DNA of 32,000 nucleotides from Gemmata obscuriglobus (GTDB lineage: Bacteria > Planctomycetota > Planctomycetia > Gemmatales > Gemmataceae): contig NZ_CP042911.1 in the NCBI RefSeq assembly GCF_008065095.1, positions 810,001 through 842,000 of the forward strand, in the 5' to 3' direction. The notes under the pieces were generated by a model that was given only the letters and a program-made list of their open reading frames with translations, was not told the DNA's origin and ran no database searches. The number at the start of each line of letters is the position of its first letter. Within the stretch, counting starts at the first letter, position 1. Positions 1 through 8,805 of this stretch are shown here, one piece after another. Position numbers and translations under genes: made by a program.

Positions 1-1914
1 TTTCGGCGCCGCCGGGCGCTTCACCGGGCGCGCTACCAGGGCCGTGCCACCGGCGCCCAGCTTGAACCTCCCGACCAAGTCCCGGAGCTGCCCGGCCTGG
101 TCGGTCAGGGCCTGCGCGGTGGCGCTCATCTCCTCGGTCTGGCTCGCGTTCCGCTGGGTGACGGTGTCCATCTGGGAGACCGCCTTGTTCACCTGCTCAA
201 TCCCCGTCGATTGCTCGCGGCTGGCGGCCGCCATTTCGGTCACGATGTCGGTCACCCGCTTGACGCTGGTGACAATCTCGGCCAGGGTGTCGCCCGACTT
301 GTTGACCAGCTCGGTGCCGGCGTCCACCTTCTTCACACTGTCCTGGATCAGGCTCTTGATCTCCTTAGCGGCGGTGGCGGACCGCTGGGCCAGGTTGCGG
401 ACCTCGGTGGCCACCACCGCGAACCCGCGGCCCTGCTCGCCGGCCCGGGCCGCCTCGACGGCCGCGTTCAGCGCCAGCAGGTTGGTCTGGAACGCGATCT
501 CGTCGATCGTCGTGATGATGTCCGCGATCTTCTTGCTGGACGCGTTGATCTCGCCCATCGCCTCGACCGCACCGCTCACCACCTGGCCGCCCCGCTCGGC
601 CGTCTCCTTGGAGCCGCTGGCGAGCTGCCGGGCCTGCTGGGCGTTGTCCGCGCTCTGCTTCACCGTGGCCGTGATCTCCTGCAGCGAGCTGGCCGTCTCC
701 TCCAGGCTCGACGCCTGCTCTTGAGCCCCCGAGGAGATTTCGTTCGTGGCCCCGGACAGTTGGGCGGAGGCGCTGGCCAACTGTTCCGAAACCTCTTGCA
801 CCCCTTCCAGCGCGCCCCGCATGTTAACGACCGCCTGGTTCAGGGCCCTGGCCATCTGGCCCATGTTGTCGGTACCGAGGTCCGGGATCGACACGGTGAA
901 GTCGCCGGCGGCGACCGCCGACACGCTGATCTGGATGGCTTCCACTTTGCGCTGCAACTCGGCCGCCGCGGCCGAGGCGGCGTCGGCTCGCTCCCGCACC
1001 GCTACCGCTTCCTTCTCGGCCCGCTCGGCGACCGTCCGCGCCTCCTGCACCACCCGCTCCTTGTCCCGCTCCACCTGTGCCCGCTCGGCCTCCCTGGCGG
1101 CGATCATCCCGTCGATGGCCACGTTCAGAGCCGTGCCCAGTTGGCCCATCTCGTCGGCCGACTTGACCTCCACCTTGCGGCTTAGGTCCCCCTTGGCGAC
1201 CCCGTCCAGGACCGAGACGGTCTGCGCGAGCGGCCGGGATACGGACGCGGTCAGCAGGAGCCCCAACGAGACGGCCGCGAGAATCGCGCCGGCGGTGACG
1301 GACCGGAGCGTCGTGCGGGCCGCGGCGTACGTCTCGTTGGCCCGAACGTTGTCTTCCGTCCCCAGAACCTCCTGGTAGTCCACCACGGACGTGAGGGCTT
1401 CGATCATCTCGTTCATCGGCTTGGTTTCGCCGATAATCGCGTCTTCCGCCTTGTCATAGCTTTTCTGATCAATGAGTTGGACAATGTTGTCGCTGATCCG
1501 CCGCCATTCTGCGAGCTTGGCCTCGAACGCCTTCCAAGCGATCTCCTCTTTGGGCGTCATAGGCAGCGCGGTGTACCCCTTGATCCCCTCGTCGACCGCT
1601 TTCCGAGCTTGATCGATGAACCCACGGCTCATCGCGAGTTGCTTTTCGTCGCCACGCTTTCCGTAAATGACCATCGTCCGCTCGGACCGCTGCACCGTGA
1701 CGAGGTTGCTCCGCACCTTGCCGAGGTTGCGGAGCGACGGGAGGAGGTTGGTGGCGGCGTTCACCTGGTACTCTTTGATCGTCGCCAGCGCCTCGAACGC
1801 CTGGTAGCTGAGGAACGCGCACGCCCCGGCGACGAAAAGGAAGCCGGCGATGAGCCGCGGGCCGAGGCGCATCTTCGACAGTGCCGCGAGAATGGAATCG
1901 ATCATGTGACGCAT
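1..1914 (-). CDS. methyl-accepting chemotaxis protein; C-terminal end cut by the window edge
   Basis: The minus-strand frame is open from ATG 1914-1912 to nt 1 (638 codons). It is absent from the ORF track because no stop lies inside the window. Hand translation gives [35 protein letters not shown] (TM1), a ligand-binding-type helical region (checked at 1441-1500: [20 protein letters not shown]), a second TM plus a HAMP-like segment, and the invariant MCP signalling hairpin [29 protein letters not shown] (checked codon by codon at 421-480). Confidence 0.9.
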   Translation of the reverse strand, partial: MRHMIDSILAALSKMRLGPRLIAGFLFVAGACAFLSYQAFEALATIKEYQVNAATNLLPSLRNLGKVRSNLVTVQRSERTMVIYGKRGDEKQLAMSRGFIDQARKAVDEGIKGYTALPMTPKEEIAWKAFEAKLAEWRRISDNIVQLIDQKSYDKAEDAIIGETKPMNEMIEALTSVVDYQEVLGTEDNVRANETYAAARTTLRSVTAGAILAAVSLGLLLTASVSRPLAQTVSVLDGVAKGDLSRKVEVKSADEMGQLGTALNVAIDGMIAAREAERAQVERDKERVVQEARTVAERAEKEAVAVRERADAASAAAAELQRKVEAIQISVSAVAAGDFTVSIPDLGTDNMGQMARALNQAVVNMRGALEGVQEVSEQLASASAQLSGATNEISSGAQEQASSLEETASSLQEITATVKQSADNAQQARQLASGSKETAERGGQVVSGAVEAMGEINASSKKIADIITTIDEIAFQTNLLALNAAVEAARAGEQGRGFAVVATEVRNLAQRSATAAKEIKSLIQDSVKKVDAGTELVNKSGDTLAEIVTSVKRVTDIVTEMAAASREQSTGIEQVNKAVSQMDTVTQRNASQTEEMSATAQALTDQAGQLRDLVGRFKLGAGGTALVARPVKRPAAPK

Positions 1915-2160
1915 ACACCTTCTTGTTCGAACGGCGGTAAGTGATCGGTGGGGCGTCCCAGAGCCCTGACCGGGGCGGGGGCGGACCCGTGTATCGGGTG
2001 GCCGCGCGGCGCGACAATGCGCCGCGCCGGCGTGACGTTAACTGCCGGCGGTTGAGCCGGTGGTGCCAACAAGCCGTGACGCGCACGGGTACGGGCCGCA
2101 CAGCATTTAACCTCGCTCCGCGCCCAGGCGAGTCCTGAGCGTTCGTTGCGGTCGCACCCG

Positions 2161-2260
2161 GTTATGTCAGTCTTCAGTGATGGTTATCGATTAGGTTAAT
2201 GAATAGTTGTGCAAATTGTTCAAGGCACGTGGGCGTTATAGATTGATTGATTGTTTTGTT
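2161..2260 (-). promoter_or_regulatory. AT-rich island upstream of the MCP gene (candidate promoter region)
   Basis: About 100 nt much richer in A+T than the surroundings (ttatcgattaggttaatgaatagttgtgcaaattgtt ... gattgattgattgttttgtt), 250-350 nt upstream of the MCP start. No -35/-10 pair could be assigned. Confidence 0.2.
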
Positions 2261-2478
2261 GCGCTGTCGTGCGCTGATCTGTTGTGCGCGTGGGGCCGTC
2301 ACAGCCGCACCGCCCTCACGGGTGGGTGCTGGTGAGTCGGCGCACAAACTCGCATCCGCGGTGGTGTACCGTGCGCGGTCGTCGCGCGGTGGGGCGTGGT
2401 CGTTGAGTTAACGTGTGCGGCTGATTGCTCGGGCTAATATCGGGCGCGGGCTCTTACGCAAGTGAAACGGATTGTGTT

Positions 2479-2486
2479 CAAATCTT
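2479..2486. repeat. 8-bp target-site duplication (left copy) of the IS66-family element
   Basis: CAAATCTT lies immediately outside the left inverted repeat and is identical to 4063-4070 immediately outside the right inverted repeat. Confidence 0.9.
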
Positions 2487-2510
2487 GTAAGCGTTCACGG
2501 GTGATGCGGC
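2487..2510. repeat. left terminal inverted repeat of the IS
   Basis: GTAAGCGTTCACGGGTGATGCGGC compared with the reverse complement of the right end, GTAAGCGTTCATGGGGGTGCGCCA. The first 11 nt are identical, and about 20 of 24 match with one gap. Confidence 0.85.
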
Positions 2511-2516
2511 AGTGTA

Positions 2517-3959
2517 TCAACAGTTGGCGAGTAGCGGATTCACAACGTTCTGTTGTTGAGCTTCAGCTGGAACGAGCGTCGGTGCCTTCGCGCCGGTCCG
2601 GTGTGCGGTGACGGCGTCGATGAGGAACGCCAAGACGTTGCGCTTCTGGCGGCGGCACGAGGCGATCACCGTGAGGATTCGTTCCACGAACCGGCTCCCG
2701 CGTTCGCTGTCGGTCCCGAAGCTGGTTTTGCGCCAGCACACGGCGTGACGCACCTCACGCTCGGCCGCGTTGTTGGTCGGTTCCACGCCGACGACACGCG
2801 CGAACGTCCACAACGACGCCTCGACCGACAACAGTTCCGCGCAGGTCGTGGCGGTCTTGGCGCAGCCGCACGCCGCCCCGTTCCGCAGGTGCGTGCCGAC
2901 CTGACGACGCAACGCGGGGATGTAGGTCGAGCGACATGTGGACCGCGCGAGGGTTCCGTCCCGCACCCGATACCAGTTCTCGAACAGGGCGTCCGAACAC
3001 GCCAACAGAGCCGCGCCGATCGCCTGTCCGGAACCGCCCCGGTCGATCATCGCCTGGAAATCGCGTCGCAGGTGCGCCCAGCAGAGTTGACGCTTGTACT
3101 TGTCGAGGTGCGTGTACACCGGATACCGGTCCGTCGTATGCACGGCCGTGGACCCGGCACGCAGGTCATCAAAGGCGGCCCGGCCCCGGGTCCGGCGGAT
3201 CAGGAACGCCACCACGAACGTGGTCACGGCGGCCCACAGCCAGGCCCGCTGACGCCCCTGCTTCCAACCGGTCTCGTCCACGTTGGCCGGGTGCCCGCGG
3301 GTGTACACCAGGGCCTGTTCGGCCACCGGCTTCAGCGCCTCGGCGGTTCGGTGCTGGAGCTTGCACACCATGGCCGGGCTCAGGGGCAGGCCGAACAGAT
3401 CGTCGAACAGTTGGCTCGTGCCCCGCTTGCCCAGACGGCACGAGCCGGTGAGAAGCGCGGCCACCGCCTGCGCCCGGGGGCCGTATCCGGTGCGCGCCTC
3501 CGACGGCACCGCGGGCACCGTGGTCGTGCCGCAGTGGGGGCACCGGAGCCGGTGGCACCGATACTCGGTCACGTGGGGTTTGATAACGGGCAACTCGTGG
3601 ACCTGATGAATGGCCGGAGCCGGATCGTCCCCGGCCAGCGACCGCGAGCAGTCCCGGCACACGGACGGCTTGAGGGTCCGGATCTCATCGGGTGGCAGGA
3701 GCGTGCGCTCGGCTTTGGGATGCCCCGGTTGCCCGCCCCGACGCTTCCCCGAAGGGGCCTTGGGCGGGGCCAGTTTCACCTGCGGAGGATCGGACGAGGG
3801 CGGCTTCGACGAGTTGGTGGAGCTCTGGTTGAGTCGGGCCTTGAGTTCGGCGACCTCGGCCACCAGAGCAGTGATCGTGGCCTCCAAGGCGCGAATATAC
3901 GCCACCACCGCCGGTGGTAAGTTATCGGGCAGTTCCGGCGGTTGAGGAACAGGCGTCAT
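2517..3959 (-). CDS. IS66-family transposase (DDE_Tnp_IS66 type)
   Basis: The track ORF 2517-4052 has an N-terminal coiled-coil helix (VVAYIRALEATITALVAEVAELKARL), KRRGGQPGHPK, a Cys-rich zinc-finger-like region (CRDC ... CPHCG), VDETGW, TDRYPVY, QLCWAHLRRDF and TNNAAEREVR, all recalled as IS66 TnpC hallmarks. The preferred start is ATG 3959 (MTPVPQPPELP), because the track start at 4052 lies inside the right IR. Confidence 0.9.
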   Translation of the reverse strand: MTPVPQPPELPDNLPPAVVAYIRALEATITALVAEVAELKARLNQSSTNSSKPPSSDPPQVKLAPPKAPSGKRRGGQPGHPKAERTLLPPDEIRTLKPSVCRDCSRSLAGDDPAPAIHQVHELPVIKPHVTEYRCHRLRCPHCGTTTVPAVPSEARTGYGPRAQAVAALLTGSCRLGKRGTSQLFDDLFGLPLSPAMVCKLQHRTAEALKPVAEQALVYTRGHPANVDETGWKQGRQRAWLWAAVTTFVVAFLIRRTRGRAAFDDLRAGSTAVHTTDRYPVYTHLDKYKRQLCWAHLRRDFQAMIDRGGSGQAIGAALLACSDALFENWYRVRDGTLARSTCRSTYIPALRRQVGTHLRNGAACGCAKTATTCAELLSVEASLWTFARVVGVEPTNNAAEREVRHAVCWRKTSFGTDSERGSRFVERILTVIASCRRQKRNVLAFLIDAVTAHRTGAKAPTLVPAEAQQQNVVNPLLANC

Positions 3960-4038
3960 GACGTCTGCTCGATTACGGAACATGCCCGCTTGTGGCAACC
4001 GCGTATCCAAACGGGCTAAAATGACGGGCAAAAGCGGG

Positions 4039-4062
4039 TGGCGCACCCCCATGAACGCTTAC
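4039..4062. repeat. right terminal inverted repeat of the IS
   Basis: See the left IR. The sequence ends ...catgaacgcttac at 4062. Confidence 0.85.
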
Positions 4063-4070
4063 CAAATCTT
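4063..4070. repeat. 8-bp target-site duplication (right copy)
   Basis: CAAATCTT, identical to 2479-2486. Confidence 0.9.
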
Positions 4071-4920
4071 AGCTCCCAGTCCTGACACGGCGTGTCGGGG
4101 AACTCGGACATTCCGTTCGCATTTATTTACGAGCGGGTGCCGGCGTACAGCTTTCACCTCTGCCGTCGGTACGATCGCCCGAGAGCCGCCGGCCTCCGGA
4201 CGGGTGGCCAATGCGGTCACCGGGGCCAGCCGATGCTCTTTGAACGGAGAGTCGGGCGCTTTAGACGAACCCGGGCCTCACGGCGATTTGTGATGAGGCA
4301 CACGCGGTTGCCTTTAGACATCCGGGGGCACATAATCTTTCAGACGTGTGAAGAGCTGATGCGCGGCGGGAGCGCCGGCGGCCGTCTCCGACTCTCTCCC
4401 GGAAACAGGAGCCCCGGTAATAAGCCGGGAGTCTGGGTTCGACTCCTGGAAGGGTCTCTCCGGGAAACGAGTGCGGCCCCAGGAATGATCTGAGGCCGCC
4501 TGGGGCGTCAGGAGGAAAAGAAGTGGCAACCAGGCCAGCGCCCTGAAGCCGGTAAGGCGTGCGAGTTGTCCGGTTCAAACTCGGCGGCGGGGCCGGCAAG
4601 AAAGCGACCGGCACGAAGCCCTGGCCGGCGATCTCGAACGCGCTCGGCGACAATCGCCCGGCGGTCGCACCCCGGCCGGTCACGACCTCGATCCGCTGAA
4701 CGGCGGTGGGGACACCGAGTTCTGAATGGTCCTCTCAACTGCTCTTAAATGTGCAGGCCAATCGAGCGGGCCGGGCTCAATCTTGAGGCCACTCTCATCA
4801 CAGCAGCGCGGGCCGGCTCGCACCTTGTGCCCGGCCGGGCAGAGGCCGACGCCGCCTGCACGATGGCGACGCGCAACGGCGGTCGCGGGAGAACGCCATC
4901 CGGACGGCGTGTGTCCCGTG

Positions 4921-4990
4921 TAAACGTTTATTAAATTATTGTCAGATATAATTAATTTATAATTATAATTATCAAGAAAATTTTCACATC
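4921..4990 (+). promoter_or_regulatory. extreme AT-rich island with three TATAAT hexamers upstream of the response-regulator gene
   Basis: Only 10 G/C in 70 nt by my count. TATAAT occurs at 4947-4952, 4958-4963 and 4964-4969, within tataattaatttataattataatt. The island lies 150-220 nt upstream of the 5139 start. Confidence 0.35.
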
Positions 4991-5138
4991 TTGAGTCCTC
5001 GACATGCCCGAGCCGGTCGGAGGCTGTTCAGGTGCGGGCGATTTAGGGATTTCTCTGACGCGGCGAGATTATCCCATCACTACTTAGCTTAACGGAGGGT
5101 GTGTTCTCATTCATGGCATCCGCTTTCCCTCCGCCGGC

Positions 5139-5894
5139 GTGCCTAGCGCGGGGCACCCGCTCGCCCCATACCGCGAGACCCAAGTGCCCTTGCAGCATTC
5201 ACCCCCATCGGCACCGCTGCGCCTTCTGCCGGACGCGCGCACTGTGCTGATTGTGGACCCACACGCCGTCACTCGCGAAGGTCTGAAGGCTGTAATTAAC
5301 ATGAGTCAGGGCGTTCGCGTTGTCGGAGAGGCGGGGGACGGACCGACGGCGCTGGCTCAGGCCAAGGAACTCAACCCGGACCTGGTCGTAATGGAGGCCG
5401 TGCTACCGGGCCTCGGTGGCGCTTACGTGGCCGCCCGCCTGCGTGCAGTTAAGGATCAGAGTGTGCTCGTGCTCACGGCGAGCGAGCACGCCGGTATGGC
5501 CCGCCTGTTCCTCGGGATGGGGGTGCGCGGCTACGTCCTCAAGAGTTCGTCGACTGAGAACGTTGAGGAGGCGGTGCGGACGATCGCCGCAGGGGGCCGG
5601 TATTTCAGCCCCGGGATTATTGGGCACTCGAGTGGTGAGGGGCCACGTGGTCCATCTGGTATGGCACTGGTCGAACGGGAAGTCACGGTGCTGGTACTGG
5701 TCGCCCGAGGCTACAGCAACAAGGAGATCTCCGTTAAACTGATGTGCTCGGTCAAGTCCGTTGAAATACACAAAAGGCGCGCGATGCGGAGGTTGGAGTT
5801 GCGCAGCCGGGTGGACCTCGTCCACATGGCGGCCGCGCACGGCTGGTTGGCCGACCGTGGCTCGCACGCCGCCCCTGGCACGCTGCCGACATGA
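5139..5894 (+). CDS. NarL/FixJ (LuxR-HTH) family response regulator with an atypical receiver domain
   Basis: Receiver elements: TVLIVDPH, PDLVVMEAVLPGLGG, VLVLTASEH, GVRGYVLKS. C-terminal LuxR-type HTH: EREVTVLVLVARGYSNKEISVKLMCSVKSVEIHKRRAMRRLEL. The start is GTG at 5139. The first ~35 residues are Pro-rich, so a later start (for example GTG in ..ACT GTG CTG ATT..) is possible. Confidence 0.85.
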   Translation: MPSAGHPLAPYRETQVPLQHSPPSAPLRLLPDARTVLIVDPHAVTREGLKAVINMSQGVRVVGEAGDGPTALAQAKELNPDLVVMEAVLPGLGGAYVAARLRAVKDQSVLVLTASEHAGMARLFLGMGVRGYVLKSSSTENVEEAVRTIAAGGRYFSPGIIGHSSGEGPRGPSGMALVEREVTVLVLVARGYSNKEISVKLMCSVKSVEIHKRRAMRRLELRSRVDLVHMAAAHGWLADRGSHAAPGTLPT

Positions 5895-6577
5895 TTCGGA
5901 GACCAGCCGGCTGAGGGGCCGTAACTTGACCCCGGCTTCGCCGGAGCACCGGCGCCGGCGCCCCGGCGCAGCCTGCGGGTCAAAGGCGATGCGGCAAAAA
6001 TTAGGATGCAAGACAGCGATTGGTAGCAGTTGCTGCGGGGCCTGGATCTGTCGGACCCGTTGATTTGGCGAGCCGGCGAAGTACCGCTCATGTGAGTGAT
6101 ATTAAACTTAGACTTTGCACGATTCATACGTGCAATCATCGCCCCTTAGAGTGCCGACGGCTCAGGATCAATCACCCGAACGTCCGCTCACCCACTCACC
6201 GTTTGCGGATCGGCACGGACCCGATAGCCCGGCTGTCAAGCGCTTTCGCGGACGGGGCCAGGGCCGCACTCGCGCCGCTGATCCGCCGTCAGGTTACCGT
6301 TTTTCGCCCACTCGGTGTCGTGGTACGGCACCGATGGCGGGGGCGGGAAGTCGTGCGGCCCCCGTGGGCACAAGTATAGCCGTTGGCGTTGATGTCTCTA
6401 ATGGGAACCGTCTGGCGACGCCCGCGGGCCGATGTGCTTGTGCTCGATATGGCTTCATCATAGCTCATCAAATTTTAGATCACTGCGATTGCACAGGGTA
6501 AAAATAGAATTTTGATTTGCAATGTATTTGTTATTGATGTGTTTTGTATACTCAGCGGCCTTGTGAGTGTGCGCGGC

Positions 6578-6917
6578 TCACGTCGGATGTGACCTCTTGG
6601 CTATTCGGGATGTCGAGGGCTCAACGTACCACATCCCGGGCGGCCCCACGAGCCCGCACCCTTGGCTCCAACACGTTTCCTGAAACCCGCGGTCTGCGGG
6701 GCGCAGCGGGCAGTAGTCGCCTCGGTGCCATTTGCCGCATAGGCCGGTGCGCGAGGTGCTCCGCGAGGGGCACACATCGGGTGCTCCAGCACCGGGTTGC
6801 CGTGCGCCCCGAGATCGCCGAACCCGTGATCGTCGGTAATGACGGCCAGCACGTTCGGCGGCGCGGCGAAGGCGGCCGCGCGAGCAACACGAACCAACCG
6901 ACGAGTGGCCACCGCAT
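6578..6917 (-). pseudogene. sulfatase (arylsulfatase-family) remnant, frameshifted and truncated
   Basis: Three different minus-strand frames carry consecutive pieces of a sulfatase N-terminus. First, a signal-peptide-like MRWPLVGWFVLLA from 6917. Second, AAPPNVLAVITDDHGFGDLGAHGNPVLEHP (the DDxGxGD metal-binding motif; frame of ORF 6601-6957). Third, TGLCGKWHRGDY..RGFQE (the GKWHLG-type motif; frame of ORF 6578-6775). The C/SxPxR active-site segment expected between the last two is missing, and everything downstream is absent. Confidence 0.6.
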
Positions 6918-7020
6918 CAGGTGTTCCCGGTGCGCGGTGGTGGGGCGGGAGCGGCAAAACTGTCTAAGCTGAACACAGCCGGCACGGCCGGGCAACACCG
7001 AACCTCCGAACGAAAGTGTC

Positions 7021-7638
7021 ATGGCCGATCCGATCCGAATCGTCGCCCTGTTGAGTGGCGGCGGAACGACCCTTCAGAACCTCATCGACCGCATCGCGGC
7101 CGGGACGCTGAACGCGCGGGTAGTGGGGGCCGTGTCGAGCCGGCCGGACGCGTTCGGCGTGACCCGTGCCGGGCGTGCGGGCGTGCCGGTGCGCGTGGTG
7201 CGTGCGGCCCCGAGGCGCGCCAGCTTCGCGGACGAAGTGTGGGCCGCCGTCCGCGGGTTCGCGCCCGAACTGGTGTGCCTCGCCGGGTGGCTCCACCTGC
7301 TCACGATTCCGGACGACTTCAAGCACAAGGTGCTGAACATCCACCCCTCGCTGCTGCCCGCGTTCGGCGGAAAGGGGATGTACGGGCACCACGTCCACGA
7401 GGCGGTGTTGAACTACGGGGCCAAGGTGAGCGGCTGCACGGTCCATTTCGCCGACGACACCTACGACACCGGGCCGATTCTGGTGCAGCGGTGCGTGCCG
7501 GTGAACGACGCCGACACGCCGGACGCGCTCGCGGCGCGGGTGTTCGAGGCCGAGTGCGAGGCGTACCCCGAGGCGATTCGACTGATCGCCGAGGGGCGCG
7601 TTGCGGTTCAGGGCAGACGGGTCGTCGTTTCGGGGTAA
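7021..7638 (+). CDS. purN: phosphoribosylglycinamide formyltransferase
   Basis: 205 aa with IVALLSGGGTTLQNLI, NIHPSLLPAFGG and GCTVHFADDTYDTGPILVQ, which are the classic PurN/formyltransferase motifs. Confidence 0.92.
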   Translation: MADPIRIVALLSGGGTTLQNLIDRIAAGTLNARVVGAVSSRPDAFGVTRAGRAGVPVRVVRAAPRRASFADEVWAAVRGFAPELVCLAGWLHLLTIPDDFKHKVLNIHPSLLPAFGGKGMYGHHVHEAVLNYGAKVSGCTVHFADDTYDTGPILVQRCVPVNDADTPDALAARVFEAECEAYPEAIRLIAEGRVAVQGRRVVVSG

Positions 7639-7720
7639 CCCGCCGCCGGACCGCGCGCCGAACTGGTGGTGACACCGCCGCCCCGGGCGCGATACCATCC
7701 GCTGCCTTTGAGGGACCGGA

Positions 7721-8701
7721 ATGGCGCGAAAGCAGCGGAACCGTGCCGCGGACTACGCGGTGTACCTGGTCGTGCGGTTGCTCGTCGCGGCGGTGCAAGC
7801 GGTGCCGCCGCGCTGGGCCTACGCGGTCGCGGGCGCGCTCGCGTGGCTCCTGTACACGCTGGTCAAGAGCCGGCGGCGCATCGCGCTCGAAAACGTTCGC
7901 GCCGCGTTCCCCGAACTCGTGAACGACCCCGCAAAGGCCGACCGGCTCGTGCGGGCCATGTTCGGGCACTTCGCGCAGTCCGTTGTCGAGTTGATGCTGA
8001 TCCCGCGCAAGTTGCACGTGGGGACGTGGCGCAAGCACCTCGCGCTGCCCGAAGGGCACCTCACGCTCCCGCACCTGCTCACCGGGCGGGCGGCGCTGAT
8101 CGTGACCGCGCACTTCGGGAACTGGGAGATCGCCGGGTTCCACCTCGGGCTGTGCGGGTTCCGCACCCACGCCATCGCCCGCGCGCTCGACAACCCGTAC
8201 CTCCAGCGGTTCGCGCTGCACTTCCGCCAGCGCACCGGGCAAACCATCATCGACAAGAACGACGACTTCGAGTTCCTGACCGAGGTGCTGAAGGGGGGCG
8301 GGAAGGTGGCGACGCTCGCCGACCAGGACGCCGGCCCGCGCGGGGTGTTCGTGGACTTCTTCGGCCGCCCGGCGAGCACGCACAAGGCCGTCGCGCTAAT
8401 GGCGATGCAGTTCGACGCCGTGATGGTGGTGATCGGCGTCCCGCGGGTGCCCCGGACGGCGTACCCGCAGCGGCCGGACTTCGACCCGACGGACCCGCTC
8501 GCGCCGCTGTTCTACGCGGTGCGGGTGGCGGACGTCATCGACCCGCGCGAGTACGCGAGCGACCCGAACGCGGTCAAACGCATCACCCAAAGGTACAGTG
8601 CCGCACTCGAAGCACTGATTCGCGAGCACCCGGAGCAGTACTTCTGGCTCCACCGGCGGTGGAAGCACCAGCCGAAAGCAAAGGGCGCGAAAGCGGCGTA
8701 G
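7721..8701 (+). CDS. LpxL/HtrB-family (lipid A biosynthesis-type) acyltransferase
   Basis: 326 aa with an N-terminal hydrophobic anchor (YAVYLVVRLLVAAV). Motifs: VTAHFGNWEIAG (the H-x-x-N-W-E motif of PF03279 family proteins), ADQDAG..GVFVDFFGRPASTHKAVALMA, and C-terminal HPEQYFWLHRRWK. Confidence 0.8.
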   Translation: MARKQRNRAADYAVYLVVRLLVAAVQAVPPRWAYAVAGALAWLLYTLVKSRRRIALENVRAAFPELVNDPAKADRLVRAMFGHFAQSVVELMLIPRKLHVGTWRKHLALPEGHLTLPHLLTGRAALIVTAHFGNWEIAGFHLGLCGFRTHAIARALDNPYLQRFALHFRQRTGQTIIDKNDDFEFLTEVLKGGGKVATLADQDAGPRGVFVDFFGRPASTHKAVALMAMQFDAVMVVIGVPRVPRTAYPQRPDFDPTDPLAPLFYAVRVADVIDPREYASDPNAVKRITQRYSAALEALIREHPEQYFWLHRRWKHQPKAKGAKAA

Positions 8702-8769
8702 CACGCCGAGGGGCCGCGGCCTTCAGGTTCGCATTCGCAGCCCCGTGGCACGGCTGGTCGGTTGATGTG

Positions 8770-8793
8770 GCGCTGTAACGGGGGTTACAGCGC
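8770..8793. repeat. REP-like palindromic element, copy 1
   Basis: GCGCTGTAAC-GGGG-GTTACAGCGC: a 10-bp stem with a 4-nt loop. Confidence 0.8.
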
Positions 8794-8805
8794 GATGCCG
8801 GTGCG

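Larger units (their letters stand above)
2487..4062 (-). mobile_element. IS66-family insertion sequence, single-ORF type, apparently intact (1576 bp)
   Basis: The terminal inverted repeats both start with GTAAGCGTTCA, the GTAAGCG terminus typical of IS66-family elements. They enclose one IS66-type transposase ORF and are flanked by a perfect 8-bp direct repeat. No tnpA/tnpB-like accessory ORFs are present. Confidence 0.9.

Noticed and set aside
44-1378. + strand ORFs 44-724, 211-1185 and 746-1378
   Set aside because: They are antisense to the MCP gene, whose minus-strand frame contains the invariant MCP signalling motif. The + strand products are low-complexity.
3960-4052. Upstream extension of the transposase ORF (track start at 4052)
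   Set aside because: The extension begins inside the right terminal inverted repeat and adds a non-conserved Arg/Leu-rich leader. ATG 3959 gives the N-terminus typical of IS66 transposases.
4418-4440. Possible RNase P RNA: the minus strand reads CAGACTCCCGGCTTAT, resembling the conserved ACAGAACCCGGCUUAU near the 3' end of bacterial RNase P RNA
   Set aside because: No GAGGAAAGUCCGGGC-type partner (P4 5' strand) could be found upstream on the same strand. A single 10-mer match has roughly a 1-in-15 chance in a window this size. The GGTAAG-like similarity at 4546-4560 is on the opposite strand.
4390-4456. Possible tRNA or tmRNA built around the T-loop-like GGGTTCGACTCC
   Set aside because: The best cloverleaf attempt is only 67 nt and has no D-arm. 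Its would-be anticodon loop TAATAAG lacks U33. The acceptor ends do not resemble tmRNA (no GGGG 5' end, no G:U pair). It is kept only as a motif inside the ORF-free-tract finding.
4473-4505. Apparent H-type pseudoknot (GCGG/CCGC interleaved with CCCCAGG/CCTGGGG)
   Set aside because: The two 5' strands are directly adjacent and the 3' strands overlap by one nucleotide, leaving zero-length loops. A simple 7-bp hairpin is the only sterically plausible reading.
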